Shown piece by piece: positions 49,071 through 58,155 of a stretch of DNA of 64,000 nt (position 1 is the first letter of the stretch; each line of letters opens with the position of its first letter). The DNA is from an uncultured Solirubrobacterales bacterium (lineage in GTDB: Bacteria; Actinomycetota; Thermoleophilia; Solirubrobacterales; 70-9): NCBI GenBank assembly GCA_963823565.1, contig CAWGLR010000002.1, positions 102,978 to 166,977 on the forward strand, in the 5' to 3' direction. The translations under genes and the position numbers were made by a program. The notes below the pieces were generated by a model. The model ran no database searches. It was not told the DNA's origin and saw nothing but the letters and a program-made list of their open reading frames with translations.

Positions 49071-49656
49071 CGATCGAGACCAGCGCCTGCGGGATCCGCT
49101 TGCGCGCTCCCGCGAGGCCGTGCCGGAGCGCGGCGGCCGTCTCGGGTCCGTGCATGCCGGTGCCGTGGCCGGTGAGCAGGTGCTCGGGCCCGTAGGACGC
49201 GAGGCGCCGGGGCGGGGTCAGGCGCAACATCGGATGGATGCCGATGCGCTCGTCGCCGGCGCGGAAGTACGGCGCCGTTCCGACGGCCTCGGCGACGATC
49301 AGGGTCCGCTCCCCGGGGGCCCATAGGGCCACCTCGTTCCAGAGCCGGTTGCGGACCACCGTCATCGCCTCGAAGGGAGCCCCGGCGATCCCCCCGAACG
49401 GGAGCCGGTGATGGGAGACGCCGAGCCGCTCGGCGACCTCCGCGCAGTCGCGGTCGTGGCGGTCGAGCAGCTGGACTACGGCAGCCGGCTCGCCGAGCGC
49501 CAGTACGCGGTCGTCGAGGCCGTCGACGTCGACGGGATCGATCACCCAGACCTGATCGCCGAGGACGGCGGCGTGGCAGGCGCGCTGCATCACCTCCCCC
49601 GGATCCGGAAGCCAGGAGATGCCGACGTCGTGCTCTTCGAAGCGGGGCTCGGCCAT
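49051..49656 (-). CDS. Conserved hypothetical protein (weak metallo-beta-lactamase-fold resemblance)
   Basis: Intact 201-aa ORF with non-shadow composition. The LLDRHDRDC and LLTGHGTG segments are only loosely MBL-like. Confidence 0.5.
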   Translation of the reverse strand: MAEPRFEEHDVGISWLPDPGEVMQRACHAAVLGDQVWVIDPVDVDGLDDRVLALGEPAAVVQLLDRHDRDCAEVAERLGVSHHRLPFGGIAGAPFEAMTVVRNRLWNEVALWAPGERTLIVAEAVGTAPYFRAGDERIGIHPMLRLTPPRRLASYGPEHLLTGHGTGMHGPETAAALRHGLAGARKRIPQALVSIVRPRSG

Positions 49657-49752
49657 CTGCGGTCAAGCGTACGGGACCGTAGCCGGTACGAGGAGTGCAA
49701 GCGGCCGAACCCGGTTGCCCGCCCGGCCCGCGAGTGGGACCCTTGCCGGGTC

Positions 49753-50787
49753 ATGAGGAGGTTTTCGAAGAGGGGCGTCCGGGACGTCCCGGCGGATCGC
49801 GTCGTCACGCTGACGATGAATCCCGCGCTCGACGCGGCGACGTCGGTCGAGGCGCTGACCCCGGCGATCAAGCTGCGCTGCGAGGAGGAGCGGTACGACC
49901 CCGGTGGCGGTGGACTCAACGCCGCTCGGCTGATCGCGCGGCTCGGCGGCGACGTGCTCGCCGTCCACGCCTGCGGCGGGGCGAGCGGGCAGCGCCTCGC
50001 CCGGCTGCTGGAGGAGGACGGGGTCCCGCAGCGGATCGTCGAGATCGAGGGCGAGACCCGGCAGTCGCTGGCCGTCACCGAGCGCAGCACCGGACGGCAG
50101 TACCGGTTCGTGCTGCCCGGCCCGCGGATGACGGCCGAGGAGGGCCACGCCGCTCTCGACGCCGTTCTCGACGAGGTCGGCGGCGGCACGCTCGTCCTCG
50201 CCAGCGGCAGCCTGCCGCTCGGCGTTCCCGCCGACTTCTACGGGCGGCTGGCGACCGAGGTCGCGGACGCGGGAGGGCGCCTCGTCGTCGACACCCACGG
50301 CGACCCCCTGCGGCTGGCGCTCGAGGCCGGCGTCTTCCTGATCAAGCCGAATTGGCGCGAGTTCGACGCGCTCGCCGGCGTCGAGCGCGGCCGCGGCGAC
50401 CTCGGGCGCGTGCAGCAGGCGCAGGCGCTCGTCGCCGACGGGTCGGCCGAGGTCGTCATCGTCACGCTCGGCGACCAGGGCGCGCTGGTGGTGACCGCGG
50501 AGGGTCACCAGGAGATCGAGCCGCCGCAGGTGCAGGCCGAGAGCACGGTCGGGGGCGGCGACGCCTTCGCGGGTGGGCTGCTCTTCGCCCTGGCCCGGGG
50601 CGCGCCACTCGACGCGGCCTGCCGCCTCGCGGTCGCCTGCGCCGCCGCCGCGGTCTGCACGCCCGGCACCGCGATGCCGCTACGCCGGGACATCGAGCGA
50701 ATTCACGGCGGGATCCTGCACGACCCGCCGGAGAGCGGGCCGAGGGCATCGGCGCCATCCGTCCCGGGTCGGCCCGAGCGCGGCTAG
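49753..50787 (+). CDS. PfkB-family carbohydrate kinase (1-phosphofructokinase/tagatose-6-P kinase-like)
   Basis: VVTLTMNPALDAATSVE...YDPGGGGLNAARL and the C-terminal TVGGGDAFAGG (PfkB signature 2). Intact. Confidence 0.85.
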   Translation: MRRFSKRGVRDVPADRVVTLTMNPALDAATSVEALTPAIKLRCEEERYDPGGGGLNAARLIARLGGDVLAVHACGGASGQRLARLLEEDGVPQRIVEIEGETRQSLAVTERSTGRQYRFVLPGPRMTAEEGHAALDAVLDEVGGGTLVLASGSLPLGVPADFYGRLATEVADAGGRLVVDTHGDPLRLALEAGVFLIKPNWREFDALAGVERGRGDLGRVQQAQALVADGSAEVVIVTLGDQGALVVTAEGHQEIEPPQVQAESTVGGGDAFAGGLLFALARGAPLDAACRLAVACAAAAVCTPGTAMPLRRDIERIHGGILHDPPESGPRASAPSVPGRPERG

Positions 50788-50954
50788 CGGCTCAGCCGCT
50801 TGCCGGCCGCCCGGCGGATGCGCTCCGCACGGCGAAGTCCGCGCAACTCGGCCTCGACGCGACGCGCGAAGCGCGCAACGGCGTCGCTGCGCTGCGCGCT
50901 GGGTTCGCCCGGATCGGGTGGGCGGCGGTGGCCCTGTTGCGATCTCATCGGCAT
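50784..50954 (-). CDS. Candidate small basic protein (56 aa), below the ORF-track cut-off
   Basis: MPMRSQQGHRRPPDPGEPSAQRSDAVARFARRVEAELRGLRRAERIRRAAGKRLSR has a helical, non-shadow look. It is convergent with and overlaps the pfkB stop. Speculative. Confidence 0.22.
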   Translation of the reverse strand: MPMRSQQGHRRPPDPGEPSAQRSDAVARFARRVEAELRGLRRAERIRRAAGKRLSR

Positions 50955-51145
50955 GGTCAGGACCTTGAACCGCGCCGCCGGTTGCTACATCCGTTACGAG
51001 GTCGTACGGTCGCTCGGGTCGCCCCCCATCTCGACTCCGCCCTCGGTACTGAGGCCGTGGGGCGCTTCCGACGGATGCCCGAGGGGCGTGGCGCAGGGAG
51101 CATTCGGCGACCGATCCACGGACCAGGAAGAGGAGACAGAGAGAC

Positions 51146-53455
51146 GTGAGCACCACCGAGACGACCGCAGGCGCCGAGACGGGGACGGTCGAGGCCACCC
51201 GCCGCTTCGAGCAGCTCTCCCACGAGGACGTCGGTTACGCCGGCGGCAAGGGAGCCAACCTCGGCGAGCTGCTGAGCGCCGAGGTCCCGATCCCGCTCGG
51301 GTTCGTCGTCGGCGCACCGGCCTATGCCGCGTTCTGCGCGCACGACGGCCTGCGCGACCGGATCGAGGAGCTGCTTCAGGACGTCGACGTCGACGACAGC
51401 GACCACCTCGCCCGGGGAAGCGCCGCGGCGCGGGAGCTCGTCGCGAACGCCCCGATGCCCGACGAGGTCCGCACGCAGATCCTCCAGGCCCACGCCGAGC
51501 TCACCGGTGACGATCCGAGCAGCCCGGTGGCGGTCCGCTCCTCGGCCACCGGCGAGGACACCGAGTCCGCCTCCTTCGCCGGCATGAACGAGACCTTCCT
51601 CAACATCCGTGGTGGCGAGTCCGTGCTCGACGCCGTCCAGCGCTGCTGGGCCTCGCTCTTCGGCGCGCGGACGGTCTTCTACCGCGCCAAGCGCGGCTTC
51701 CCGCTCGCCGGCATGGACATCGCGGTGGTCGTCCAGTCGCAGATCCAGTCGCGGAAGGCAGGGGTGATGTTCACGATCGACCCCTCGAGCGGGTCGCTGG
51801 ACCGCATCGTCATCGAGGGCGCGTTCGGCCTCGGCGAGAGCGTCGTCTCCGGCCAGGTCTCCCCCGACCGCTACGTCGTCGACAAGGAGAGCGACGAGAT
51901 CCTCGTCCACGACGTCAAGCGCAAGGAGCTCGAGATCACCTCGCTGCCCGACGGCGGCACCGAGACCACCGAGCTGCCGCCCGAGCGGGCGCGCCAGCCG
52001 GTGCTCAGCGACGAGCAGATCGCCGCCCTCGCCGGCCTCGCGCGCAAGATCGAGTCCCACTACGGCAAGCCCCAGGACACCGAATGGGCGGTCGACGAGG
52101 ACGAGAAGATCTGGATGCTCCAGTCACGGCCGGTGACGACGCTGGCCGGGCCGCTCGAGGAGGAGCACGAGGTGCTCGTCCGCGGCCTCGGCGCCGCCCC
52201 CGGTCTCGGGGGCGGGCGGGCCCGGGTCATCACCGAGGCCGTCGACTCCGCCCAGCTCGAGCCGGGCGACGTCCTCGTCACCCATATGACGGCGCCCGAC
52301 TGGGTGCCGCTGATGCGCAAGGCGGCGGCGATCGTGACCGACTCCGGCGGGATGACCTGCCACGCCGCAATCGTCTCGCGCGAGCTCGGGATCCCCTGCC
52401 TGGTCGGCACGGGCGACGGCACCACCCGCCTCCGTGACGGCGAGGACGTCACCGTCGACGCGACCCAGGGGGTCGTCCGTCGCGGGCTCGAGCGCGAGCA
52501 GCCGGCGGCCGCGCCGGCTGGCGGGACCGTCGTCGCCTCGGCGCCGCCGGTGACCGCGACGAAGCTCCTCGTCAACGTCTCCGAGCCTTCGCAGGCCGAG
52601 CACGCCGCCGCGCTCGAGGCCGACGGCGTCGGCCTGCTGCGCGCCGAGCTGATGCTGCTGGAGGCCCTCGAGGGCTCCCACCCGCGGACCCTGCTCGAGC
52701 AGGGACGCGGTCAGGAGCTCTCCGAGAAGCTGGCCTCGGGCCTGGAGACGATCGTCGGCGCCTTCTCGCCGCGCCCGGTGACCTACCGGACGATGGACTT
52801 CCGGACGAACGAGTTCAGCGGCCTCGCGGGCGGCGACCGCTTCGAGCCGGAGGAGGCGAACCCGATGATCGGCTACCGCGGCGCCCTACGCTACGCGAAG
52901 GAGCCCGACGTCTTCCGCCTCGAGCTCGAGGCCATCCGGATGGTCTGGGACCGCGGGCACGCGAACCTGCACGTGATGCTGCCGTTCGTCCGCACCGAGT
53001 CCGAGCTGCTGCGCTGCAAGGAGCTGATCGCCGAGTCCGGCCTCCTCGACCGCGCCGGCTTCGAGCTCTGGGTGATGGCCGAGGTCCCCTCGGTCCTGTT
53101 CGAGCTCGAGAAGTACGCGGCCGCCGGCGTCGCCGGGATCTCGATCGGGTCCAACGACCTGACCCAGCTCCTGCTCGGCGCCGACCGCGACTCCGAGGTC
53201 CTCGCCGAGACCTTCGACGAGCGCGATCACGCGGTCCGCACCTACATCTCACAGCTCATCGCCAAGGCCAAGTCGCTCGGCCTGCAGACCTCGATCTGCG
53301 GCCAGGCCCCCTCGGTCCACCCCGAGTACCCCGACCTCCTCGTCCGGGCCGGGATCGACGCGATCTCGGTCAACATGGACACGGTCGACAAGGCGCGGAG
53401 GCTGATCGCGTCGGCGGAGCAGAAGTTGCTGCTGGAGTCGGCTCGGGGGGCTTGA
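51146..53455 (+). CDS. ppsA: Phosphoenolpyruvate synthase (pyruvate, water dikinase)
   Basis: Intact 769 aa, GTG start with a GGAAGAGGAGA RBS. N-terminal ATP-grasp (GGKGANLGEL). Swivel His domain (TDSGGMTCHAAIVSRELGIPCLVG). PEP-utilising TIM barrel (GISIGSNDLTQL). Confidence 0.94.
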   Translation: MSTTETTAGAETGTVEATRRFEQLSHEDVGYAGGKGANLGELLSAEVPIPLGFVVGAPAYAAFCAHDGLRDRIEELLQDVDVDDSDHLARGSAAARELVANAPMPDEVRTQILQAHAELTGDDPSSPVAVRSSATGEDTESASFAGMNETFLNIRGGESVLDAVQRCWASLFGARTVFYRAKRGFPLAGMDIAVVVQSQIQSRKAGVMFTIDPSSGSLDRIVIEGAFGLGESVVSGQVSPDRYVVDKESDEILVHDVKRKELEITSLPDGGTETTELPPERARQPVLSDEQIAALAGLARKIESHYGKPQDTEWAVDEDEKIWMLQSRPVTTLAGPLEEEHEVLVRGLGAAPGLGGGRARVITEAVDSAQLEPGDVLVTHMTAPDWVPLMRKAAAIVTDSGGMTCHAAIVSRELGIPCLVGTGDGTTRLRDGEDVTVDATQGVVRRGLEREQPAAAPAGGTVVASAPPVTATKLLVNVSEPSQAEHAAALEADGVGLLRAELMLLEALEGSHPRTLLEQGRGQELSEKLASGLETIVGAFSPRPVTYRTMDFRTNEFSGLAGGDRFEPEEANPMIGYRGALRYAKEPDVFRLELEAIRMVWDRGHANLHVMLPFVRTESELLRCKELIAESGLLDRAGFELWVMAEVPSVLFELEKYAAAGVAGISIGSNDLTQLLLGADRDSEVLAETFDERDHAVRTYISQLIAKAKSLGLQTSICGQAPSVHPEYPDLLVRAGIDAISVNMDTVDKARRLIASAEQKLLLESARGA

Positions 53456-53598
53456 GGTGCGCGTTCTGCGCGTAAGTCCTTAGCGGGCGGGTCCTGTCGC
53501 GGCGGGTATCCATGCCCTGCTGCGCCACCGGCATTGCTCGCCGGGCATGGACCCTCCCCCGCCACAACCTCGCCCTCCAGGACGGTGGCGCGGCCCGG

Positions 53599-55293
53599 CT
53601 AGCCCGTGACCGCTCCGTGCGCGGCGCTCGAGACCGTTGCCGCGTACTTCGCCATGACGCCGGAGGCGAACATCGGCTCCGGCGGCTCGTAGGCGGCGAT
53701 GCGCTCGGCGATCTCCTCGTCGCTGAGGTCGACGTCGATGCGGCGGCTCTCGACGTCGATCGTGACCTGATCGCCCTCGCGGATCGCGGCGATCGGGCCG
53801 CCCTTGACGGCCTCGGGGGCGACGTGACCGATCATCAGCCCGCGGGTGGCGCCCGAGAAGCGCCCGTCGGTGATCAGGGCGACGTCGTTGCCGTGGCCGG
53901 CGCCGACGATGGCGGCGGTCACCTGGAGCATCTCGCGCATGCCGGGGCCGCCGGTCGGGCCCTCGTTGCGGATGACGATGATGTCGCCGGGGTTGATCTC
54001 GTCGGCCTTGACGGCGGCGAAGCAGTCCTCCTCGCGCTCGAAGACGCGAGCGGGGCCGGTCTGTCCCATCCGCTCGGTGCCCGCGACCTTGACCACGGCG
54101 CCCTCCGGCGCGAGGTTGCCGTGAAGGATCGCGAGGCCGCCCTGCGGCTTCAGCGGCGCGTCGGCGGGCAGGACGACGTCCTGGCCCGGGCGCTCGGTGA
54201 CCCGCTCGGCCTCCTCGCCGATGGTCCGGCCGGTGATCGTGAGCTGGTCGCGGTGCAGGAGGCCGGCCTTGTCGAGGCGATCGAGGATCAGCGGCACGCC
54301 GCCGGCGCGGTAGAGGTCGGTGGCGACGTAGCGGCCGCCGGGCTTCATGTCCGCGAACAGCGGGGTCCGCCGCGAGATCCGCTCGAAGTCGGCGATCTCG
54401 AGGGGGATGTTCGCCTCGCGGGCGACGGCGAGCAGGTGCAGCACGCCGTTCGTCGACCCGCCCGAGGCGCAGATGCAGGCGATGGCGTTCTCGAGCGACT
54501 CCTTGGTGATGATCCGGCTCGGTCGCAGGTCCTCTGCCAGCACCTTCATCACGAGCTCGCCGATCCGCTCGGCGACGTTCTTCTTCTCCTCGTCCTCGGC
54601 CGGGACCATCGCCGATCCGCCCGGGGAGATCCCGAGCGCCTCGAACGCGCAGGCCATCGTGTTGGCGGTGAACTGGGCTCCGCAGGCACCGGCGCCGGGG
54701 CTCGCCACGTCCTCGAGCTCGGCCAGCTCCTCGTCGGTCATCTTGCCCGCGTTGTGGGCGCCGACGGCCTCGAAGAGGTCGAGGATCGTCACGTCCCGGC
54801 CGTGGTAGTGGCCGGGCGCGATCGAGCCGCCGTAGAGCATCACCGAGGGGATGTCGAGCCGCGCCAGCGCCATCACGCAGCCGGGGATGGTCTTGTCGCA
54901 GCCGGAGAGCGCGATCACGGCGTCGAACTGGTAGCCGCGGGCCGTCAGCTCGATCGAGTCGGCGATCACCTCGCGGCTGACCAGGGAGCTCTTCATGCCC
55001 TTGGTCCCCATCGTGATCCCGTCGGAGATCGCGATCGTGTTGAACTCCATCGGCGTCCCGCCGGCGGCGCGGACGCCCTCCTTGATGTGCTCGGCGAGCC
55101 CGCGCAGGTGGAAGTTGCACGGCATCGCCTCGATCCAGGTGTTGGCGATGCCGACCGTCGGGCGCCGCAGCGCCTCGTCGTCGAAGCCGATCCCCTTCAT
55201 GTAGGCGCGCGCGGCGGCGCGGTCCGGGCCGTCGAAGACGGCGGCCGATCGCGGTCGCGGAAGCCCGTTCGCCTTCGTCTCGTTCATCGGCAC
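53599..55293 (-). CDS. ilvD: Dihydroxy-acid dehydratase
   Basis: Intact 564 aa. [33 protein letters not shown] and [10 protein letters not shown] motifs. Confidence 0.97.
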   Translation of the reverse strand: MPMNETKANGLPRPRSAAVFDGPDRAAARAYMKGIGFDDEALRRPTVGIANTWIEAMPCNFHLRGLAEHIKEGVRAAGGTPMEFNTIAISDGITMGTKGMKSSLVSREVIADSIELTARGYQFDAVIALSGCDKTIPGCVMALARLDIPSVMLYGGSIAPGHYHGRDVTILDLFEAVGAHNAGKMTDEELAELEDVASPGAGACGAQFTANTMACAFEALGISPGGSAMVPAEDEEKKNVAERIGELVMKVLAEDLRPSRIITKESLENAIACICASGGSTNGVLHLLAVAREANIPLEIADFERISRRTPLFADMKPGGRYVATDLYRAGGVPLILDRLDKAGLLHRDQLTITGRTIGEEAERVTERPGQDVVLPADAPLKPQGGLAILHGNLAPEGAVVKVAGTERMGQTGPARVFEREEDCFAAVKADEINPGDIIVIRNEGPTGGPGMREMLQVTAAIVGAGHGNDVALITDGRFSGATRGLMIGHVAPEAVKGGPIAAIREGDQVTIDVESRRIDVDLSDEEIAERIAAYEPPEPMFASGVMAKYAATVSSAAHGAVTG

Positions 55294-55300
55294 CAGGATT

Positions 55301-55882
55301 TCAGACGCTGCCCGCGCGGCCCTCGTCGCGCGCCGGCGCGGCGCGGCCGGTCCACTCGCTGAGGCGGACGAGATCGCGGCGGACGTGGTCGGGATCGAGC
55401 TGGCGGCCGGGCAGGTTCATGTTCGCCGCGCGGATCAGCCCGCGCTCGTCCCCGCGCAGGGCCATCCACTTGGCGAGGACGTCGTCGGCGTCGGGAAGGC
55501 GCTGGCCGTGCTCGGGCTCGGAGCGGTCGGGGAAGGCGACGCAATGCTCGTTCAGCAGCTCGCCGGTGGCCGCGTCGAAGCTGACGATCGGCTTGTGCGG
55601 GTAGATCAGGTACCCGTAGCGCGGGATCCCGTCCTCGTCCGGCGGGCCGTAGGCGTGCAGGAAGCCGAGCGCGCGGTAGGCCTCGTAGGCGTCGTCGCCG
55701 AGGACCGAGCAGAGCAGTTGCTCGGCGCGTCGCTCGGCGCGCAGCTCGCGCCCCGGATCCGGGAGGTGGTCGCGCGTCGCCCGTGAGTGGCCGCGGAGCA
55801 GCGCCATCAGGTCGGGGCCGATCGCGACGGCCGCGAGGATCAGCAGGGCGGCGGTCATCGCCGCGATCGTGAAGCCGGTCAA
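55301..55882 (-). CDS. N-terminally anchored hypothetical protein
   Basis: 193 aa. TM span [18 protein letters not shown] followed by a soluble domain ([35 protein letters not shown]...). No family recognised. Confidence 0.55.
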   Translation of the reverse strand: MTGFTIAAMTAALLILAAVAIGPDLMALLRGHSRATRDHLPDPGRELRAERRAEQLLCSVLGDDAYEAYRALGFLHAYGPPDEDGIPRYGYLIYPHKPIVSFDAATGELLNEHCVAFPDRSEPEHGQRLPDADDVLAKWMALRGDERGLIRAANMNLPGRQLDPDHVRRDLVRLSEWTGRAAPARDEGRAGSV

Positions 55883-55901
55883 CGGTCGGCGCCGGGTGCG
55901 G

Positions 55902-56147
55902 TCACCCGCCGGCGGCCGGGGGGAAGAAGATCACTCGCTCGGCGTCCCGCGGCACCTCGTCGAAGTCGCGGACCATGACCGCCTCGCGCTTGCCTCCGGC
56001 CTCGACGGTCGGCACGGCCGCCCAGAGGCCGAGATCGAGCTGGCGGCGGAACGCCTCGATCAGCTCGGCCTCCTCGCCGGCCACCTCGGGGTCGCCCTCG
56101 GCGAGCAGCAGGTCGCCGTGCCCGGGCTTCATTCGGACGAACTTCAC
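55902..56147 (-). CDS. MoaD/ThiS-superfamily (ubiquitin-like sulfur carrier) small protein ending in Gly-Gly
   Basis: 81 aa. The C-terminus MVRDFDEVPRDAERVIFFPPAAGG parallels E. coli MoaD LVSFDHPLTDGDEVAFFPPVTGG, which is also 81 aa. It starts 8 nt after the thiD stop. Confidence 0.55.
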   Translation of the reverse strand: MKFVRMKPGHGDLLLAEGDPEVAGEEAELIEAFRRQLDLGLWAAVPTVEAGGKREAVMVRDFDEVPRDAERVIFFPPAAGG

Positions 56148-56155
56148 GACAGCGA

Positions 56156-57001
56156 TTATGCCACCGGCCGCGTCAAATGCGACGAGGGCGCGCTCTCCCC
56201 CGCCCCCCGCCTCCCCGCGAGGCCGACGGCGTCGACCGGGCCCGCCCCGGCGCCGACGTCGCGCAGACCGCGGCGCACCGCCTCGGCGGCGACGGCCCGC
56301 GCGCGCGCCGCCGCCTCGCGCAGCGGCAGCCCGAGCGCCAGCAGCGCCGCAAGGCTCGAGCTGTGCGTGCAGCCCGACCCATGCGCCGCTCCGCCGGGAT
56401 GCACGGGCCCCGGGATCGGCAGCGGCTCGCCCCCGTCGTCGAGGAGGTCGACGCCGTCGGCGTGTCCGCCGGTGACGATCACCGCGCGCGGTCCCAGCGC
56501 CCGGATCGCGCGCGCCAGCTCGGCCGCCGCCGCGTCCGCCCCGGCGCCGGCGAGCCGCCGCGCCTCGGAGATGTTCGGAGTGAGCACGTCGGCGCGCGGC
56601 AGGATCTCGCTCACGAGCGCCTCGCGCGCCCCCTCGTCCAGGAGCTCGGCGCCGCTCTCGGCGACCATCACCGGGTCGACCACGACCGGGACGCCGGCGG
56701 GGACGAGCGCCAGCGCCTCGGCGACCGCGCGAGTCGTCTCCGCCGTCCCGAGCATCCCGACCTTGACCGCGTCGGCGCCGATGTCGTCGATCACCGCCCG
56801 CGCCTGGGCGACGACGATCTCCGGCGGGACCTGATGGATCGCGCTGACCCCGACGGTGTTCTGGGCGGTGATCGCCGTGATCGCGGTCGTCCCGTGCACG
56901 CCGAGCGCGGCGAACGCCTTCAGATCCGCCTGGATCCCGGCGCCGCCGCCGGAATCGGATCCGGCGATCGCGAGCGCCACGGGAGTCCGCCGATCGGCCA
57001 T
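56156..57001 (-). CDS. thiD: Hydroxymethylpyrimidine/phosphomethylpyrimidine kinase
   Basis: 281 aa from [49 protein letters not shown]. The [15 protein letters not shown] motif is present. Confidence 0.9.
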   Translation of the reverse strand: MADRRTPVALAIAGSDSGGGAGIQADLKAFAALGVHGTTAITAITAQNTVGVSAIHQVPPEIVVAQARAVIDDIGADAVKVGMLGTAETTRAVAEALALVPAGVPVVVDPVMVAESGAELLDEGAREALVSEILPRADVLTPNISEARRLAGAGADAAAAELARAIRALGPRAVIVTGGHADGVDLLDDGGEPLPIPGPVHPGGAAHGSGCTHSSSLAALLALGLPLREAAARARAVAAEAVRRGLRDVGAGAGPVDAVGLAGRRGAGESAPSSHLTRPVA

Positions 57002-57036
57002 GCGGCGATCGTAGAGCCGGACGACCGCCGGCCGGC

Positions 57037-58155
57037 TCATCCCGGGGCTCCCAGCGCCGTGCGGGAGTAGCGGCCCGTCGCGCTCGAGCGCACGTAGCCG
57101 GCGCGCTCGAGCGCCCCGAGGGCCGCCTGCACCGAGCCGAGCTCCATCCCGGTGGCGACCGCGACCGAGCCGGCGGTCGCCGCCCCGCCCTCCACCGCCT
57201 CGAGCGCCCCCCGTTCGCGCTCGTCGAGCTCGCGGCCGCCCTCCACGGTCAGCGTCGCCCCGGGGCCGAGCAGCAGCTCGAGCACGTCGCGGGCTTCGCG
57301 GATCACCGCCGCGCCCTCGGCGAGCAGCTTGTTGCACCCACTCGACCGCCACGAGTTCACCGGGCCCGGGACGGCGCCGACCTGGCGCCCGCTCTCGATC
57401 GCCATCTCGGCGGTGATCAGCGACCCCGACCGCTCGGCGGCCTCGACGACCACCGTGACGCCGGCGAGGACCGCCATCAGCCGGTTGCGCGCCGGGAACA
57501 TCCAGCGGAAGGTCGGCGTGCCCGGCGGCAGCTCCGAGAGGACGACGCCGCCGGCGCGGATCCGCTCGTAGAGGTGGCGCCGCGACCGCGGGTAGGGCCG
57601 CTCCGCCCCGGTGCCGAGGATCGCGACGGTCCGCCCGCCGCCGGCGAGCGCCCCCTCGTGCGCCGCGGAGTCGACCCCGAGGGCCATCCCGCTGACCACG
57701 TCGATCCCGCTGCCACCGAGCAGCCGCGCGAGCTCGTGGGCGACCTCGCGCCCGTAGGCACCGGCGCGCCGGGAGCCGACGATCGTCGCCGCCCGCCCGG
57801 AGTCGAGCGTCGCCAGGGCGAGCCGGTTCCCGGCCCCGAAGATCGCTCGCGGCCGGGACGGGCCTAGGGTCTCGAACGCGGCGGGATAGGCGGCGGCGTG
57901 CGGGCACGTGCTCCAGCATCCGCACGCCTCCAGCGCCGCGAGGACGGCGTCGTGGGATGCGCGGTCGCGGGCCTGCCGCACGGCCTCCCGCGCACGCCCG
58001 CCGGCGACAGCGCTCGCGAGCTCGTCGTCCCCGAGCGCGAGCAGGTCCCGCGCGCGCCCGCCGGCGCGCTCGTCGACGCTGTTGGAGATGTGCCCGGCTA
58101 AGCGGCTGAGAAGCAGCGCCCGCGTCAGGCAGGAGGGGCAGGCGTCGCGCCTCAC
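57037..58155 (-). CDS. dprA: DNA-processing protein DprA
   Basis: The GTG start overlaps the comM stop. Rossmann core IVGSRRAGAYGREVAHELARLLGGSGIDVVSGMALGVDSAAHEGAL...FPARNRLMAVL...VVVEAAERSGSLITA. Intact 372 aa. Confidence 0.9.
   Translation of the reverse strand: MRRDACPSCLTRALLLSRLAGHISNSVDERAGGRARDLLALGDDELASAVAGGRAREAVRQARDRASHDAVLAALEACGCWSTCPHAAAYPAAFETLGPSRPRAIFGAGNRLALATLDSGRAATIVGSRRAGAYGREVAHELARLLGGSGIDVVSGMALGVDSAAHEGALAGGGRTVAILGTGAERPYPRSRRHLYERIRAGGVVLSELPPGTPTFRWMFPARNRLMAVLAGVTVVVEAAERSGSLITAEMAIESGRQVGAVPGPVNSWRSSGCNKLLAEGAAVIREARDVLELLLGPGATLTVEGGRELDERERGALEAVEGGAATAGSVAVATGMELGSVQAALGALERAGYVRSSATGRYSRTALGAPG

Noticed and set aside
53456-53598. Possible terminator or ncRNA between convergent ppsA and ilvD (ccatgccc...gggcatgg dyad)
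   Set aside because: The stem is only 8 bp with a ~25-nt loop and has no U-tract. That is too weak to call.
57002-57036. TPP (THI-box) riboswitch upstream of thiD
   Set aside because: Only 35 nt separate the dprA stop from the thiD start, which is too short for a THI element. thiD appears to be co-transcribed with dprA.
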